From assembly GCF_037042905.1 (NCBI RefSeq), contig NC_087245.1, positions 14,882,001 to 14,946,000 of the forward strand: a stretch of DNA of 64,000 nucleotides, written 5' to 3'. The position numbers and the translations under genes were made by a program. This DNA is from Lytechinus pictus. Its lineage: Eukaryota. Positions 52,570 through 64,000 of the stretch are shown one piece after another (the first letter of the stretch is position 1; every line of letters begins with the position of its first letter). The notes below the pieces were generated by a model. That model saw nothing but the letters and a program-made list of their open reading frames with translations. It had not been told where the DNA came from and made no database searches.

Positions 52570-52975
52570 ATGACTTGTCTTGTCTCTCTGTCTTTCCGTT
52601 AATGCCCACAATCATTACATTGATTATTATGGCAAATGAACGTCAAGATTGACTTGACCTGAATTTTGCTTGGACCGGCAGGTGCAATGTACCGGGTGAA
52701 CACCCTACTCTTTGACGAATAGTGTATTGGTTTTAACGTGCATAGTTTGTGACTCTCCTATACACGGACCAACATTTGCGTCCTTTCCGATGGACGGAAT
52801 GTTTTCCAACTGCATTCACACCTGCACTGAATACAGTGGTGAGGCATGCTTACACACAACGCTATAGCATCAGATTTTTTGTTAGACGCGTTTCTGCATG
52901 AGCGGAACTCAAACCCCTCACCTTGAGATCTACGATCTTATCCGAAACATAACCGACTGAGCTACGCTGCCTCCC
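52570..52975 (-). mobile_element. tRNA-derived SINE with Deu/Nin-like core
   Basis: Minus strand GGGAGGCAGCGTAGCTCAGTCGGTT (A box) ... GGTTTGAGTTCC (B-box-like) ... CGTCCATCGGAAAGGACG...GCACGTTAAAA...CACTATTCGTCAAAGAGTAGGGTGTTCACCCGG; 3' end approximate. Confidence 0.78.
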
Positions 52976-53220
52976 ATGAAATTTTGAACTCATGTACATT
53001 TACAGGTATTATTGAAGGTTTGCAACCAGTTTAATCAATATAAGAATGCCAAAACACAGAATGGGATTTTGGTAATATGCCAACTGGCAAAGCAATATTA
53101 AAGTTTGGAGAAAATTTGTACAGGTTGGTGTCATTGAAACTGGGAATAAAAAAAAAACATGATTCTCTTCCAATTTTCTTCGTTATCTTTCAGTTGAAAT
53201 CACCAAGACAGACTCCCACA

Positions 53221-53343
53221 ATGGACAGGTTACTTAGACTAGGAGGAGGTATGCCAGGCCTTGGGCAAGGCACCACACCCAGCGATGGACCCGTTGTTGA
53301 TACTGCAGAACAAGTGTACATATCATCTCTTGCTCTTTTGAAG
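53221..53343 (+). CDS. PSMD14: PSMD14 coding exon 1 (exon begins 53194 after TTTCAG)
   Basis: 41 codons, AAG|GTAAAC. Confidence 0.97.
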
Positions 53344-56300
53344 GTAAACTAAATAGTTATGTTTATCTGGATGAAGAAGTTTGAATTAAACGTTTGCAGT
53401 TTTCTTGTGTTACAATTTTCCTTTGAAATTCTGCAAATTGATATCAAATGCATGGGATTTGATTTGATTGATTTAGCTTGGATGTGATACCCCTTAATAT
53501 ATTACATGCCACCCCTGTTTAAATGCATACAAAAAGAATCCTTGTTCAAATATACTTAAAGTAAGAAAGGATATCCTTTGTTATTCATGAATTAATAAGA
53601 ATGTACTATAAATTTGCAGTCAGCCAAAGGGACATAATTATAATGGTGAAAGTTGTCAGGAGTTGTCCAGAAATTAAAGGAACAAGTGATTACATTTTTT
53701 TTTGTACTGGTACAGTATATCATTACACATGTGTAAGTGCAGTGCATGCAATATAAATGTTTTGTATTATATATAACAGGATTCTTTTCTTTGTGTCGCT
53801 TTTTACCTTGATCTCTCATTGAAAAAGAATATATTTATATCTTAAAACTAAATCTAATATTACTCTGTCACACTTTTTAGATAGTTTGACAAGTAGAGTA
53901 AGAAGTTTAAATAACAGGGTTAGCAAGATCAGACCATTTGTTAAATAGAACTTGATGTGAACTTTTGATAATTTCATTTGATTGATTTGTTTTCTCTTGC
54001 AGATGTTGAAACATGGTAGAGCTGGTGTACCTATGGAAGTTATGGGTCTTATGTTGGGAGAATTTGTTGATGATTACACAGTCAGAGTCATTGATGTCTT
54101 TGCTATGCCACAATCAGGAACAGTAAGTTCGCAATTATATCATGATCCCTCGTCTTCTTTGCAGTGATCCTTAAGAATATTATTCCTTGAAATGCCACTG
54201 CGCTGTAAAAGGCTGCTAAAGCCAGGGTAATAGTATCCAATTATTAAAGCGCATAGGGACGCATTTGGCAGTGATATGCGCTATATAAGCATGTTGGTAT
54301 TATTATTATTATCTGTCAATTTCTGTTGTGTAGCTTTTCATTAAAGAAGTTATACCCTGTTAGTATCCACAGTAATATTTCAAAATACATGTATTTCTGT
54401 AGTCTATTAAACTGGGACTTTAATGCAAGGGCAGCACCAGGGTATTTTGAAAGAGGGGACAAGGGGACCTCCTTTTCAAGATTCTCCTTTCCTTCTCTTC
54501 TTCCCATCAAGTATTATTTTTTGTATTGCTTAGAAAATTGAAAAGGTAGCAGGCAGTTGCTCCACACAATCCCTTCTCTCATTGTGGTGCCGCCTCTGCT
54601 TTGATATTATGAGAAAGTTGGAAGATGTTAGTAGATTTACACTGGTGCTAAAAAGTTAGTGAACCCCACCAGAAAATGAACATACTTAAAAGTTTTCAAG
54701 TTTGGCCATCTTTTAGATATGTAATTGTGAACTCAAGTCAGGTGATAAAATATTACATTCAATAAAGTTTGTTTCTCGAGGCTCACTGGACATTGTAGTG
54801 TTTTTGTCTACATTCAACACTCGGCATGAAGAAGTGCATTTTCTGATGGGGTTCACTAACTTTTTAGCACCACTGTAAATGAAGATGTTAGTGTGTATTA
54901 GATGTTCATGTATCTAAATGACTCTCCTGTGTTTTAGGGAGTGAGCGTAGAAGCAGTAGATCCTGTATTCCAAGCCAAGATGTTGGACATGCTGAAGCAG
55001 ACAGGTCGTCCAGAGATGGTGGTTGGATGGTATCACTCCCATCCCGGGTTTGGATGCTGGTTATCGGGTGTTGACATCAACACACAGCAGAGCTTTGAGG
55101 CCCTATCAGACAGAGCAGTGGCTGTTGTGGTCGATCCCATTCAGAGTGTCAAAGGAAAGGTGAGAAATCAATCCCTTGCCAATGTTGAAGCCACTATTAC
55201 CGTGTTTACACTTAATTGACTCCCGGTTCTGAACCGCGAGCCGATGCAGCATCGGCTTTTCCATAGCGTGTAAACGCGAATAACTTGCATCGGCTCGCGG
55301 TTCAGAACCGGCAATTTGCACCACCAAAGTAGTATGTTCAAAACCGCGAGCCGATGCAGAATCGGCTTTTTTACTACGTGTAAACAGAAAGCCGATTCTG
55401 CTTCGGCAATTTGTGCGCATTTCATTTACTTTACCATTGTGACGTAATTGTAAGCGCACTGATCCAGCGTTGTCTTTATTATGACGTACAATGTATATTG
55501 TTGGTGTGCGTATCATTTCAGGTTTTTGCATCGGCTTGCGGTTCTGAACCGCGAGCTGTAACAACGTGTAAACGCAAACCAAAAGCCGATTCTGCATCGG
55601 CTTTTGGTTCTGAACCAACAACCGATCAAGTGTAAACACGGTAAATGTTACAGCCACTTTGAAATGTGTGATCTCAAGATCTAAATCATCTTATGAAAAT
55701 CTCTCCAGTGATTACTAATTTAACCCTGTATACATGATTTTCTTTCTTTTTGTTTAGTTGAGAATACAAGTGCATCAATCAGAAAACAATATCTTTTACC
55801 AATAACTTGAAACATTAAATCACTTATTAGCCATTTGATATAAGAATTGAATCCAATTATGATAGTTACTTCAACATAGTACTTGATACAATATACCAGG
55901 CTGGTTAATGGTCGATGTAGCACATATATATTGATGCCCTCATATCAAAACTTATGAGTAGAGCATGCAGTATATCGAGTACCTGACGGTTTGTAACCAG
56001 TCTCTTATTATTTTTGTTGCTATCTCAGGTTGTAATAGATGCATTCCGATTGATCAACCCTAACATGATGGTGCTGGGACAGGAGCCTAGGCAGACCACA
56101 TCAAATCTTGGTCATTTACAGAAGCCATCCATTCAAGCCTTGATCCACGGCCTCAACAGACATTACTACTCAATCGCTATCAACTACAGGAAAAATGAAT
56201 TAGAACAAAAGGTAATACCATAATTTTGTTTAAATAAAAGGCAGACAGTATTGAATTGATTTACAAGAAAGGGGGGGATCATTATTTCACTTCTGAACTA

Positions 56301-59300
56301 AGCTTGTAACCGATTTTGCAATCGGCAACCGATTCCATTCGATTTCACAACAATCGGCGATCACTTGCCGATCTTCGATCATGCCCCTTGAAGGAAAAAA
56401 TCGGATATAAAAAATCGGCATACCTGTAGATCTAGTTACAGTGCAGTCAGAACATATTTCAAGATTGTTCTTGCGGAGGTGCTAACTATTTAGAGCTTTT
56501 TAAACAATCGAATAGTTCGAACAATGGAGATTCCTGGAATGTCAGAAATTACTCATAAAAGGTTGACCTACTTATGATGACCTGCCGGTAGCTGCGCTGA
56601 CTGGTATGGTGGGAGTGGAACTTGGAATGAATGTATTGTATAATACAAACAAGGAACATGTACTTGTACTGTGTTTGTCATTTATCCCGCCCATGAGTGC
56701 ACACAATGGCCAATAGCAATGGAGTTTGAGAGCTGTATGTGGCTGCATGGGTGCATGAATGTGTTGTATGCATTATGTAAGCTAGTGCTTATGCTGATAA
56801 ATCCCGCCCATAAGTGAATACAATGGACCAATAACAATGGAGTTTGAGAGCTGTATGTGGCTGCATGGGTGCATGAATGTGTTGTATGCATTATGTATGC
56901 TAGTGCTTATGCTGATAAATCCCGCCCATAAGTGAATACAATGGACCAATAGCAAAGGAGTTTGAGAGCTGTGTGTGTACTGCATGAATATTACATACAT
57001 TATGTATGCTAGTGCTTACACTGATAAATCCCGCCCATGAGTGAATAGAATGGACGAATGACAAGGGAGTTTGAGATCTGTGTGTGCAGGAATGTATTTA
57101 TGTATTACGTATGCTAGTGCTTGCGCTAATTTTTGTCATAATCCCGCCCATGAGTTCACACAATGGACGAATAGCAAGGGAGTTTGAGAAATGTATATGA
57201 ATGCTGGGGTGCATGGATGTGTTGTATATGCTAGTCAATGCCCTGCTTAAATCCCGCCCATAAGTGCACACACGGCCTAGGTACGAATAATAGCAAGGGA
57301 GTTTGAGAGCAGTGTGTATGGATGTGTTGCGTGTTGTATGTATCATGTATGCCATACTTGCAGTGATATATTGTCATTAATCCAGCCAGTGAGCCAACTC
57401 AAAGAATAGCACTGTTAGCAGTGTCAATCAAACCCACCACGTGCACATGCCAAAAGGTAGTGTAAAGAATTTTGCGCTAGCCCGTTGAGTCTGGGCGGTT
57501 CCAGTTCTCGGCTATGCCACAAAACTATCTTGTATTGTGTGAATGCTTGCGCGCATTGCGTAATTCACTGATGTTGTTGAGTGGGTGGGTATACAAAAAG
57601 ATCGATACTGAGGCGTGACTTAACTTTTCCCAGAACTGATTCGGAGAAATGATGTACCAAGTAAGCTATTATAACAAAATGGGTGTACTTTGGAATGGTT
57701 ATTGGGCGTGGCTGTAATCACATATTATAATGAGCGAACCTAGCTGAGCTCAGCTTCACATAAAAATACTTATGATGTCCCGCCGATCGTTCATTGACCT
57801 GTGATCTACGATAATTATTTTCCTTTGCGACTATGCTCGGAAGATGCGTCATTCGTTTATTTTTCTAATATAAATCACTCATTTGATTGTAAAGCAGTTA
57901 AACCTCAAAACCCTTTAAAAGCATGTTCCAAACGATCGCGCATGTCGACGACTTCCATTCCTAAACATTCGTCTTTGTGACTTTGTCAGGAAGATGCGCG
58001 CGACCGCAAACAAAATGTTGATGTATTCCTTTGTTTTTAAACATCGCCGATTCGATTTTCGATTCGATTTCGATTTTAGAAGCTTAACTGCCGATCCGAT
58101 TTTCGATCCGATTTACAACATTATTCTGAACACATGCCTGGAGCAATTTGACAATCACATTTTTCAAATGTTTGCTTTATAAGGGAGTTCATGAAATGGT
58201 GTTTACATCCATATACATGTATGTCCCATCCTGAATTTGTCAAATTGGATGTTAGTTATGCTGGATTCTTTGTAACTGTTAAAAATATCCAGTAAAAATC
58301 TTCTGTTTGCATGTACAAATCTTACACACTGATTATTTGGTATAAAATGTGTTATTTATTTATTTAATTTGTACTCTAAAAACATCCAATAAACAACAAA
58401 ATTGAGACATAAATGTTTTTGTTGTTGTATTAATGACTCTCTCTTATCATTTTTCAATGTAACAGATGCTGTTAAATCTTCATAAAAAGAGCTGGATGGA
58501 TGGATTGACATTGAAAGATTACAATGAACACTGCAAACTGAACGAATCAACAGTCAAAGAGATGTTAAACCTAGCCAAGGTTTATAACAAGGTATGTGAC
58601 TGTGTCCTAACTTAACAATTTTCTTATGATTTATAGAAATCTTCTAAGTCTATGGAAGGCCAGCAATATCATCATACACATTCTTTTATCTTGGTGTATG
58701 TAACAGGGAACCCTCCCCAAATAAAGACCCTCTCCCGGATAAAATTCCAATATGAAAAATCTGTTGAATGAAATTTCCTCAAAAGATCCCCAGGGGGCAA
58801 GTCCTCCCCTGAGGACCTCTTCCACAAATGGACCACTCCATAGAGGAGAACTTGCCAGTCAATGGAAGTTTCCTTAGATTGGACCATGTCAGTTTGCCTA
58901 ACATGTTTCTCTTTGTTTATTAAGGGACAGCATGGACACATGGGAGATGGCGAATTAAGGCCTTGCCCACTTTCCATCATTTACAATCAGTTACTCTATT
59001 TGTGTGCTCAAGCAGGGCCATGTAATTAATGATGTCCAACATTGTGATAAAAAATGTAATATGAATACTCAAAATATGTCGGATGAATTCTTTGTCTCTC
59101 TGTGTTTCTACATTTTCCCTCCTTCATAAGGCTAATATGGATAGACTATTGGAAGTACACAATTGCTAGTTTTTCCAAAAGTTTGATCAGAACCTTCCAA
59201 AACCTCTAAATAGATAAATGTACACAAAAAATAATAAATTTGGTTTATTTATTTGGACAGGCTGTAGAAGAGGAAGACAAAATGACGCAAGAGCAACTCG

Positions 59301-59422
59301 CGGTGAAGAACGTCGGCAAGCTGGACCCTAAGCGCCATCTTGAGGAGAGGGTGGAGGTACTTATGACGTCGAATATCGTTCAGTGCCTTGGTGCTATGCT
59401 GGATACGGTTGTGTTTAAATAG
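53221..59422 (+). CDS. PSMD14: 26S proteasome non-ATPase regulatory subunit 14 (Rpn11/POH1), 311 aa; join(53221..53343,54003..54122,54938..55159,56029..56211,58466..58591,59261..59422)
   Basis: [17 protein letters not shown]...[37 protein letters not shown]...[17 protein letters not shown] (JAMM/MPN+)...[11 protein letters not shown]; five phase-0 GT-AG introns. Confidence 0.98.
54003..54122 (+). CDS. PSMD14: PSMD14 coding exon 2
   Basis: [14 protein letters not shown]...PQSGT |GTAAGT. Confidence 0.97.
54165..54311 (+). mobile_element. SINE/L2-type 3' end fragment
   Basis: AAAGCGCATAGGGACGCATTTGGCAGTGATATGCGCTATATAAG stem-loop followed by (TAT)n tail. Confidence 0.6.
54640..54875. mobile_element. 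Tc1/mariner MITE
   Basis: TA|CACTGGTGCTAAAAAGTTAGTGAACCCCA ... TGGGGTTCACTAACTTTTTAGCACCACTG|TA. Confidence 0.88.
54938..55159 (+). CDS. PSMD14: PSMD14 coding exon 3 (JAMM motif)
   Basis: [17 protein letters not shown]...[14 protein letters not shown]...VKGK |GTGAGA. Confidence 0.97.
55198..55643. mobile_element. Palindromic MITE (Harbinger-like) in PSMD14 intron
   Basis: TACCGTGTTTACACTT / AAGTGTAAACACGGTA TIRs; internal GGTTCTGAACC and GCCGATGCAG repeats; CpG-rich. Confidence 0.78.
56029..56211 (+). CDS. PSMD14: PSMD14 coding exon 4
   Basis: [16 protein letters not shown]...NELEQK |GTAATA. Confidence 0.97.
56684..57360. repeat. Tandem array of ~109-118-bp units (6 copies), probably inside a larger element ~56300-58120
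   Basis: ATCCCGCCCAT(G/A)AGT at 56684, 56801, 56919, 57028, 57141, 57251; CGATT/AATCG-rich degenerate inverted flanks. Confidence 0.85.
58466..58591 (+). CDS. PSMD14: PSMD14 coding exon 5
   Basis: [53 protein letters not shown]; missed by the ORF track. Confidence 0.96.
59261..59422 (+). CDS. PSMD14: PSMD14 coding exon 6
   Basis: [14 protein letters not shown]...DTVVFK TAG. Confidence 0.97.
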   Translation, partial: AVEEEDKMTQEQLAVKNVGKLDPKRHLEERVEVLMTSNIVQCLGAMLDTVVFK

Positions 59423-62400
59423 TATATAACCAACTGCCGTCTCATGTAAATATCTCTTGTAGGCTTGTGAAACTATTATTATTATTATTGATCAGTAAAG
59501 TGTCAGAAAATCTATTTACTACTGGTCATGTTAATGTAACTGATGTTTTTGTGCACCAATGAAATTTGAGGATATTTCACCTGTGGTGATCAGTATCAAT
59601 TATGTAAAGTCCCCAGTTTTCGGTCTTCTGAAATGTAAATTCCATGTTTTCAGTCTTTTTAACATCATAGTTTGTGTTCTCTAATGACAAGTACTGTACA
59701 AAACATGATAAAGCAATTGGAATTCATGAAATCTTAGAAAAGCATAAGTTTCCATTGTAATGTACATGCACTGCATTAAGTAGATAAACAAGGAGATCAC
59801 ATCCTAAAATCTGCAATCAGGTTAGGTTGGCAGATTTTTCAATTATGTACTGTTTTGTTTATTGGGTTATTGCATGATTTTCAATTTTCTGCTTTGTAAT
59901 TCATATTTTTTGCCTAAAAATTGTAAATTCCATGAAATCATTACATTTTGTGTATCATGGAAAACTGGGGACTCTACCTTAAAGGCATGTGATTGTCATG
60001 AAGGGTGATCTGATATATCAGATTGAAAATTGAAACAAATCACATGCTCCAATGTAAGAGATTTAGGTGATGTTACAACGTGGAAGGCAATTTTATTGTT
60101 CAATTGAGATTAAACTCACCGCTAGTGTAAGAGGTTTAAGAATTCATGTAGAATTTGAGTAATATTACAGACACTAGTTTGCATATATATGGTCATGTTT
60201 AAAAGAATTGTCCACAAATTTTTCCTTTGAGTTCAAAAGATTTTTCTGTAGAGTCTTGAAACTCGCAAAACATCACAGAGTTATCTATTAAGTCCAAGTA
60301 GTCACAATACTTACACACTTATTCCAGTTAAAGCTTTTTTTAGCTACAAGAGGAATTGTATGCCAATAACAGACAATACCTATGTTTGTTGTGACTATTG
60401 TGAATCTTCAAAGTTTACCAAAGACACATGTTACATGACTGGTTTCCAGCACATTGCTACTGACTTATCTAATGACAATGATAAGCAGGGCATTGTATTT
60501 CAGAGTAATATAAGCTCATTGCAGGCTTCTGAATGCAGAAAAATGTGTATTCTCGTTAAGAAAACAATAAATAGTGGAAAAGATAGCCAAATTCACACAG
60601 AATATAAGGTTTGACTAAATAGAGAAAAAGTAAGCAAGCATAACGGTGCATATTTCATAAAAATTAAGGTGTAGGCATTTTGAAGTTATACATTATTTCA
60701 TATGATGGTCACGCATATTGAACAATGTTTCATGAAATGTGCATATCGAAAAACTCATATTTTGATGAAATTTTAACTCTTATTCTCATATAAGTTGTCT
60801 TAGTTTTCCCAACTAAACTTCAATTCTGTGAGGAATTGACTTTTGAAGCAGTTAATTGTAAAACTTTTGAATCCCAGACAGCGCTTCTGCAAATTGTCCA
60901 TCTAAGACAAAATCACTTGTAAAGGATTTTGTGGCAATGTTTTCATAAAAAATAACTAATTACATGTATGTTTGTAATGTTTCATTATGTAAAAAATAAA
61001 AGATGTTCATAATGTACAATGTAAAACCTGTTTACTTTTTTTAATTCTTAGTATATAATCTTATTTGATACATTCAGTCATCATTGAGAAAAACAGTAAA
61101 TAAGAATTAACAATAAAATTTACATATAATTTGAATATTGGCATCAAGAAAAAAAAATTACACTCACTTATCTTTTGCTCTCTCATCCCACCTCTCCTTA
61201 TTCATCATTCCTTTCATACTTCCATCTCTCTTCTTTCAATTTCCCTCTCTGTCTGTCTGTCTCTCTCTCTCTTACTCTGTCACTTTTATTATTCCTTCCT
61301 ATTCAACTTTTATTCCTGACATGTAAATGCACTAAGATCTGCTGATAAAGTGGTACTTTGAGCTGAAACCAGAGTAATAATAGTAATACTTTGTATCCTC
61401 TGGTAAAAAGCACTATAAATCCAGCTATTTGATATTCGCCCCTCTTGCTCAATACTTTCACATCCAGTTCTCCATCAATCTTGTCAGATAAGTACTGCAG
61501 CGAAATTATGTTATTATTCACAATAATTCCAATGTTGAAGATGAGAATGAAATAACTTGTAGCTCTTGGAACTTTAATAAAGAAAATTTTAAGAAGACAC
61601 AAATGATAAACGAATATTAAAAACATGTTGACCATTGAATGGAATACAGTCAAACTGTAACAATATTACATGAAATACATTTGTATATTTTACCCCTTGT
61701 GCCTTTGTGGCCTCATAAAAAAATGCAAGTACTGCTGCAAAAACACTTGCCATCAGTGGTAACTTCACCATCAAATGGAAAAGTTTCCATGGATACCATG
61801 TTCTACCAAATTCTAGCTCAAATGAAATGAAGTAAAATTCTGAACTAAAAAAAAAACTGTCAAGAAAAAATAGTTCCAAATACATGCTACTTATTAATAA
61901 AATAGTTTTTTCTAGGCTCTCATTATTGTAGGAATATCATTCTGTTTTCCTGAGGAATTTGACACTATTTGGACATAAATTGAGTAGAACAAGATTTATG
62001 ACCAGAAGACGATATGTAAAGCCACTGGATATTGCCTTATGGCAAATAACATCAGTTTGGTAGAGTTTATTTAATGGATGTACGAGTATCCTACAAATCA
62101 TATTGGCATTTAGTTTACCCATGATTTTTACCTTACTCAATTTAATATACAAATAAATGTTCATTATTGATATTTTCACATGGCTAAAACGTGCTGAAAA
62201 ACATCTCTATGAATATCGCAAAATGGATAAAAATCTTAATTTGGAGATTTTCAAATGGCAACATACATACTCCAAGCCAAATTTTCACAAGGGTTATGTA
62301 TTTTGTGGTGTATAAACTATTATCTATATTATTTGGCTTTTTAGCAGAGCATTAAAACACAGATTTTGGTCTACATGATTTTGCCTGTGTAATATCTGAG

Positions 62401-62451
62401 CATATTGCACAGATTGCCAAAATCTGACAAATTCTCTATAGGCTTACGGTA

Positions 62452-62939
62452 CCCGGGAGGGGGGGGGGGGCACTTACATATATGGGCGGTACGGGGACTT
62501 GCCGCTTTGATGACCCCCCTTTTCAGACCTAATTTTCACTTCTCTAGATACTACGAATGACAAAAGTTCAATTCAGAAGCCGCCCAGCCCCACTCGCAAG
62601 ACCCCCATTACGAGACATCTCAGTTCCCCTGCCCTGCCAAAATTGTCAAGCACGAGCGCGAGTGCTACATGTGAGAGATGCACGTATGGCTTCGCAACTC
62701 CCTCCATATAATTAGAGGCCGCTCTCTGCATGGCTAGCGCATGCCCAGCACTAATGTGCAGTGTACCTACAGTGCCGCGATCCCGTTCCGTAGACCCTGT
62801 TTTTCATGCTGCGCGGTATTTAAGTCCTCACGACCCCGTACTTTACCCTTGTAGTCAGTTCCTTAGACCCCCATTTCAGAATTTCGTGAGGCACACCCCC
62901 ATCAAAAAATAATTTGAGTGAACTCCCCCCCCCCCCCCA
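62452..62939. mobile_element. GC-rich MITE with CCCGG(G)n...(C)n ends
   Basis: CCCGGGAGGGG..GCACTTA left end and TGAGTGAACT(C)n right end; CpG-rich island in CpG-poor flanks; related fragment at ~33767-33960. Confidence 0.6.
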
Positions 62940-64000
62940 CTGTGCCAGAGGTCAGTTTCTAGAAACTCAATCTAAATTAAAGAACATAAAATGGAATGTG
63001 TATTTTAAAATGAAATGTGGCCCCTGTAATTCAAACTCTGTTTGGCACAAGAAGAGGGGGTTATGTTTCACTGATGCCTACATGTCATCCAATATTCATG
63101 ATAGCAATAAACTGTTCTCTTTTACCCAATGTAGCAGTAAGCTGTTGAGCCCACTTGTGAAGTCTGAGGACACAAACCCTATTGAAACTTTAATCAACAA
63201 GTGAGACTTTAGACCATTATAGCATAAATACAACTTTCAACTTCTCAGCAAAAGAAAGCTTCAATAAACACAATTCTCAGTCAGAGATTTTAGATAGCAA
63301 TGCAGACTTTCATAAAAAGAAAGGGTTTTTACAGCAGTCAAGAATTTGAGCTTACTGGGTTGTAAATAGGAAATGTGATGGCATGGTTCCTTGTTTTATA
63401 TTTTCATTTGATAGCTCTTTTCAAGAAGTGATTTTAACAAACTAACTAATAAATACAATGCTAGACATGATTGATTTGGTACAGTGTCTGAATACTCCCA
63501 TAAGGCACTGAGAAGTTAACAATTAGAAATCAATTTCAAATACCTAATAATATATAATAAACTTATCATAATAAATCATAGAAGTAATCCAAACCCTGTC
63601 CAAGTTCCCATATTGATATTCCAGTGCCAAGCTCCCGAGCTAAATCTATTCGCATTGATATTGACTGAAAGAAAAATAAAGAGAAAGACATGAACAATAA
63701 GTATCAAATATTATTCTCAACAAACAAGTTCTAACACCATTGATAATGCAATTTATAATAATTGTTATGTTATAAACTGATACTTTATAATTATGAATTG
63801 ATCATCAAGCCACAAATGATATCTCAATTTTCATCAACCCATTTTGAATGAAATAGATATATATTACAACAATGAGAATTCATTAAACTCTCCCTCCTTT
63901 TTTTTTTTTACAATTCATCGGTTGTTGCAATACTTTATTAACCCTACTGTGTGCATAGTATCAGACATTATCTTGCATGACTGTTTTGATCACTAGAAAT

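Noticed and set aside
52900..52975. Functional tRNA gene
   Set aside because: Degenerate B box, no complete cloverleaf, and it continues into a SINE body
55106..55657. 183-aa minus-strand ORF in PSMD14 intron 3
   Set aside because: Repetitive translation of a palindromic MITE; no transposase motifs
59605..59975. Inverted GTCCCCAGTTTT / AAAACTGGGGAC pair in the PSMD14 3' region as an RNA structure
   Set aside because: Only ~12 bp, and the same motif occurs at ~30750; more likely an old MITE remnant
61000..64000. 3' end of a convergent downstream gene
   Set aside because: Composition is compatible with a UTR, but no coding exon or other direct evidence lies in the window

Overview
AT-rich, intron- and repeat-rich animal genomic DNA. 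The repeat families look like those of a marine invertebrate deuterostome, probably a sea urchin; that is inference, not proven here. Two genes can be reconstructed completely by hand with canonical GT-AG junctions: TMEM18 (+, 5 coding exons, 14323-24192, 161 aa) and PSMD14/Rpn11 (+, 6 coding exons, 53221-59422, 311 aa, intact JAMM motif). A third, unrecognised minus-strand gene (38798-36611, probably extending to a last exon at 33082-32997) encodes a disordered protein with one transmembrane helix near its C-terminus. A probable 9-nt first coding exon (MDE, 13100-13092) suggests a fourth gene that runs head-to-head with TMEM18 and leaves the window on the left. The rest is a nested set of non-autonomous DNA transposons (Academ-, Kolobok-, hAT-, Tc1-, piggyBac-, Harbinger- and Helentron-like), CR1/L2-group LINE 3' fragments and SINEs. 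The most unusual item is a ~185-bp SINE-like element at 39255-39439 (minus). Its 5' head matches the Alu domain of 7SL (SRP) RNA and is fused to a tRNA-type B box, a Deu/Nin-like core, a 3' stem-loop and a (CA)n tail. It is a candidate 7SL-derived SINE from a lineage where I know of none. Transposon superfamily labels rest on termini and TSDs only; no database searches were possible.
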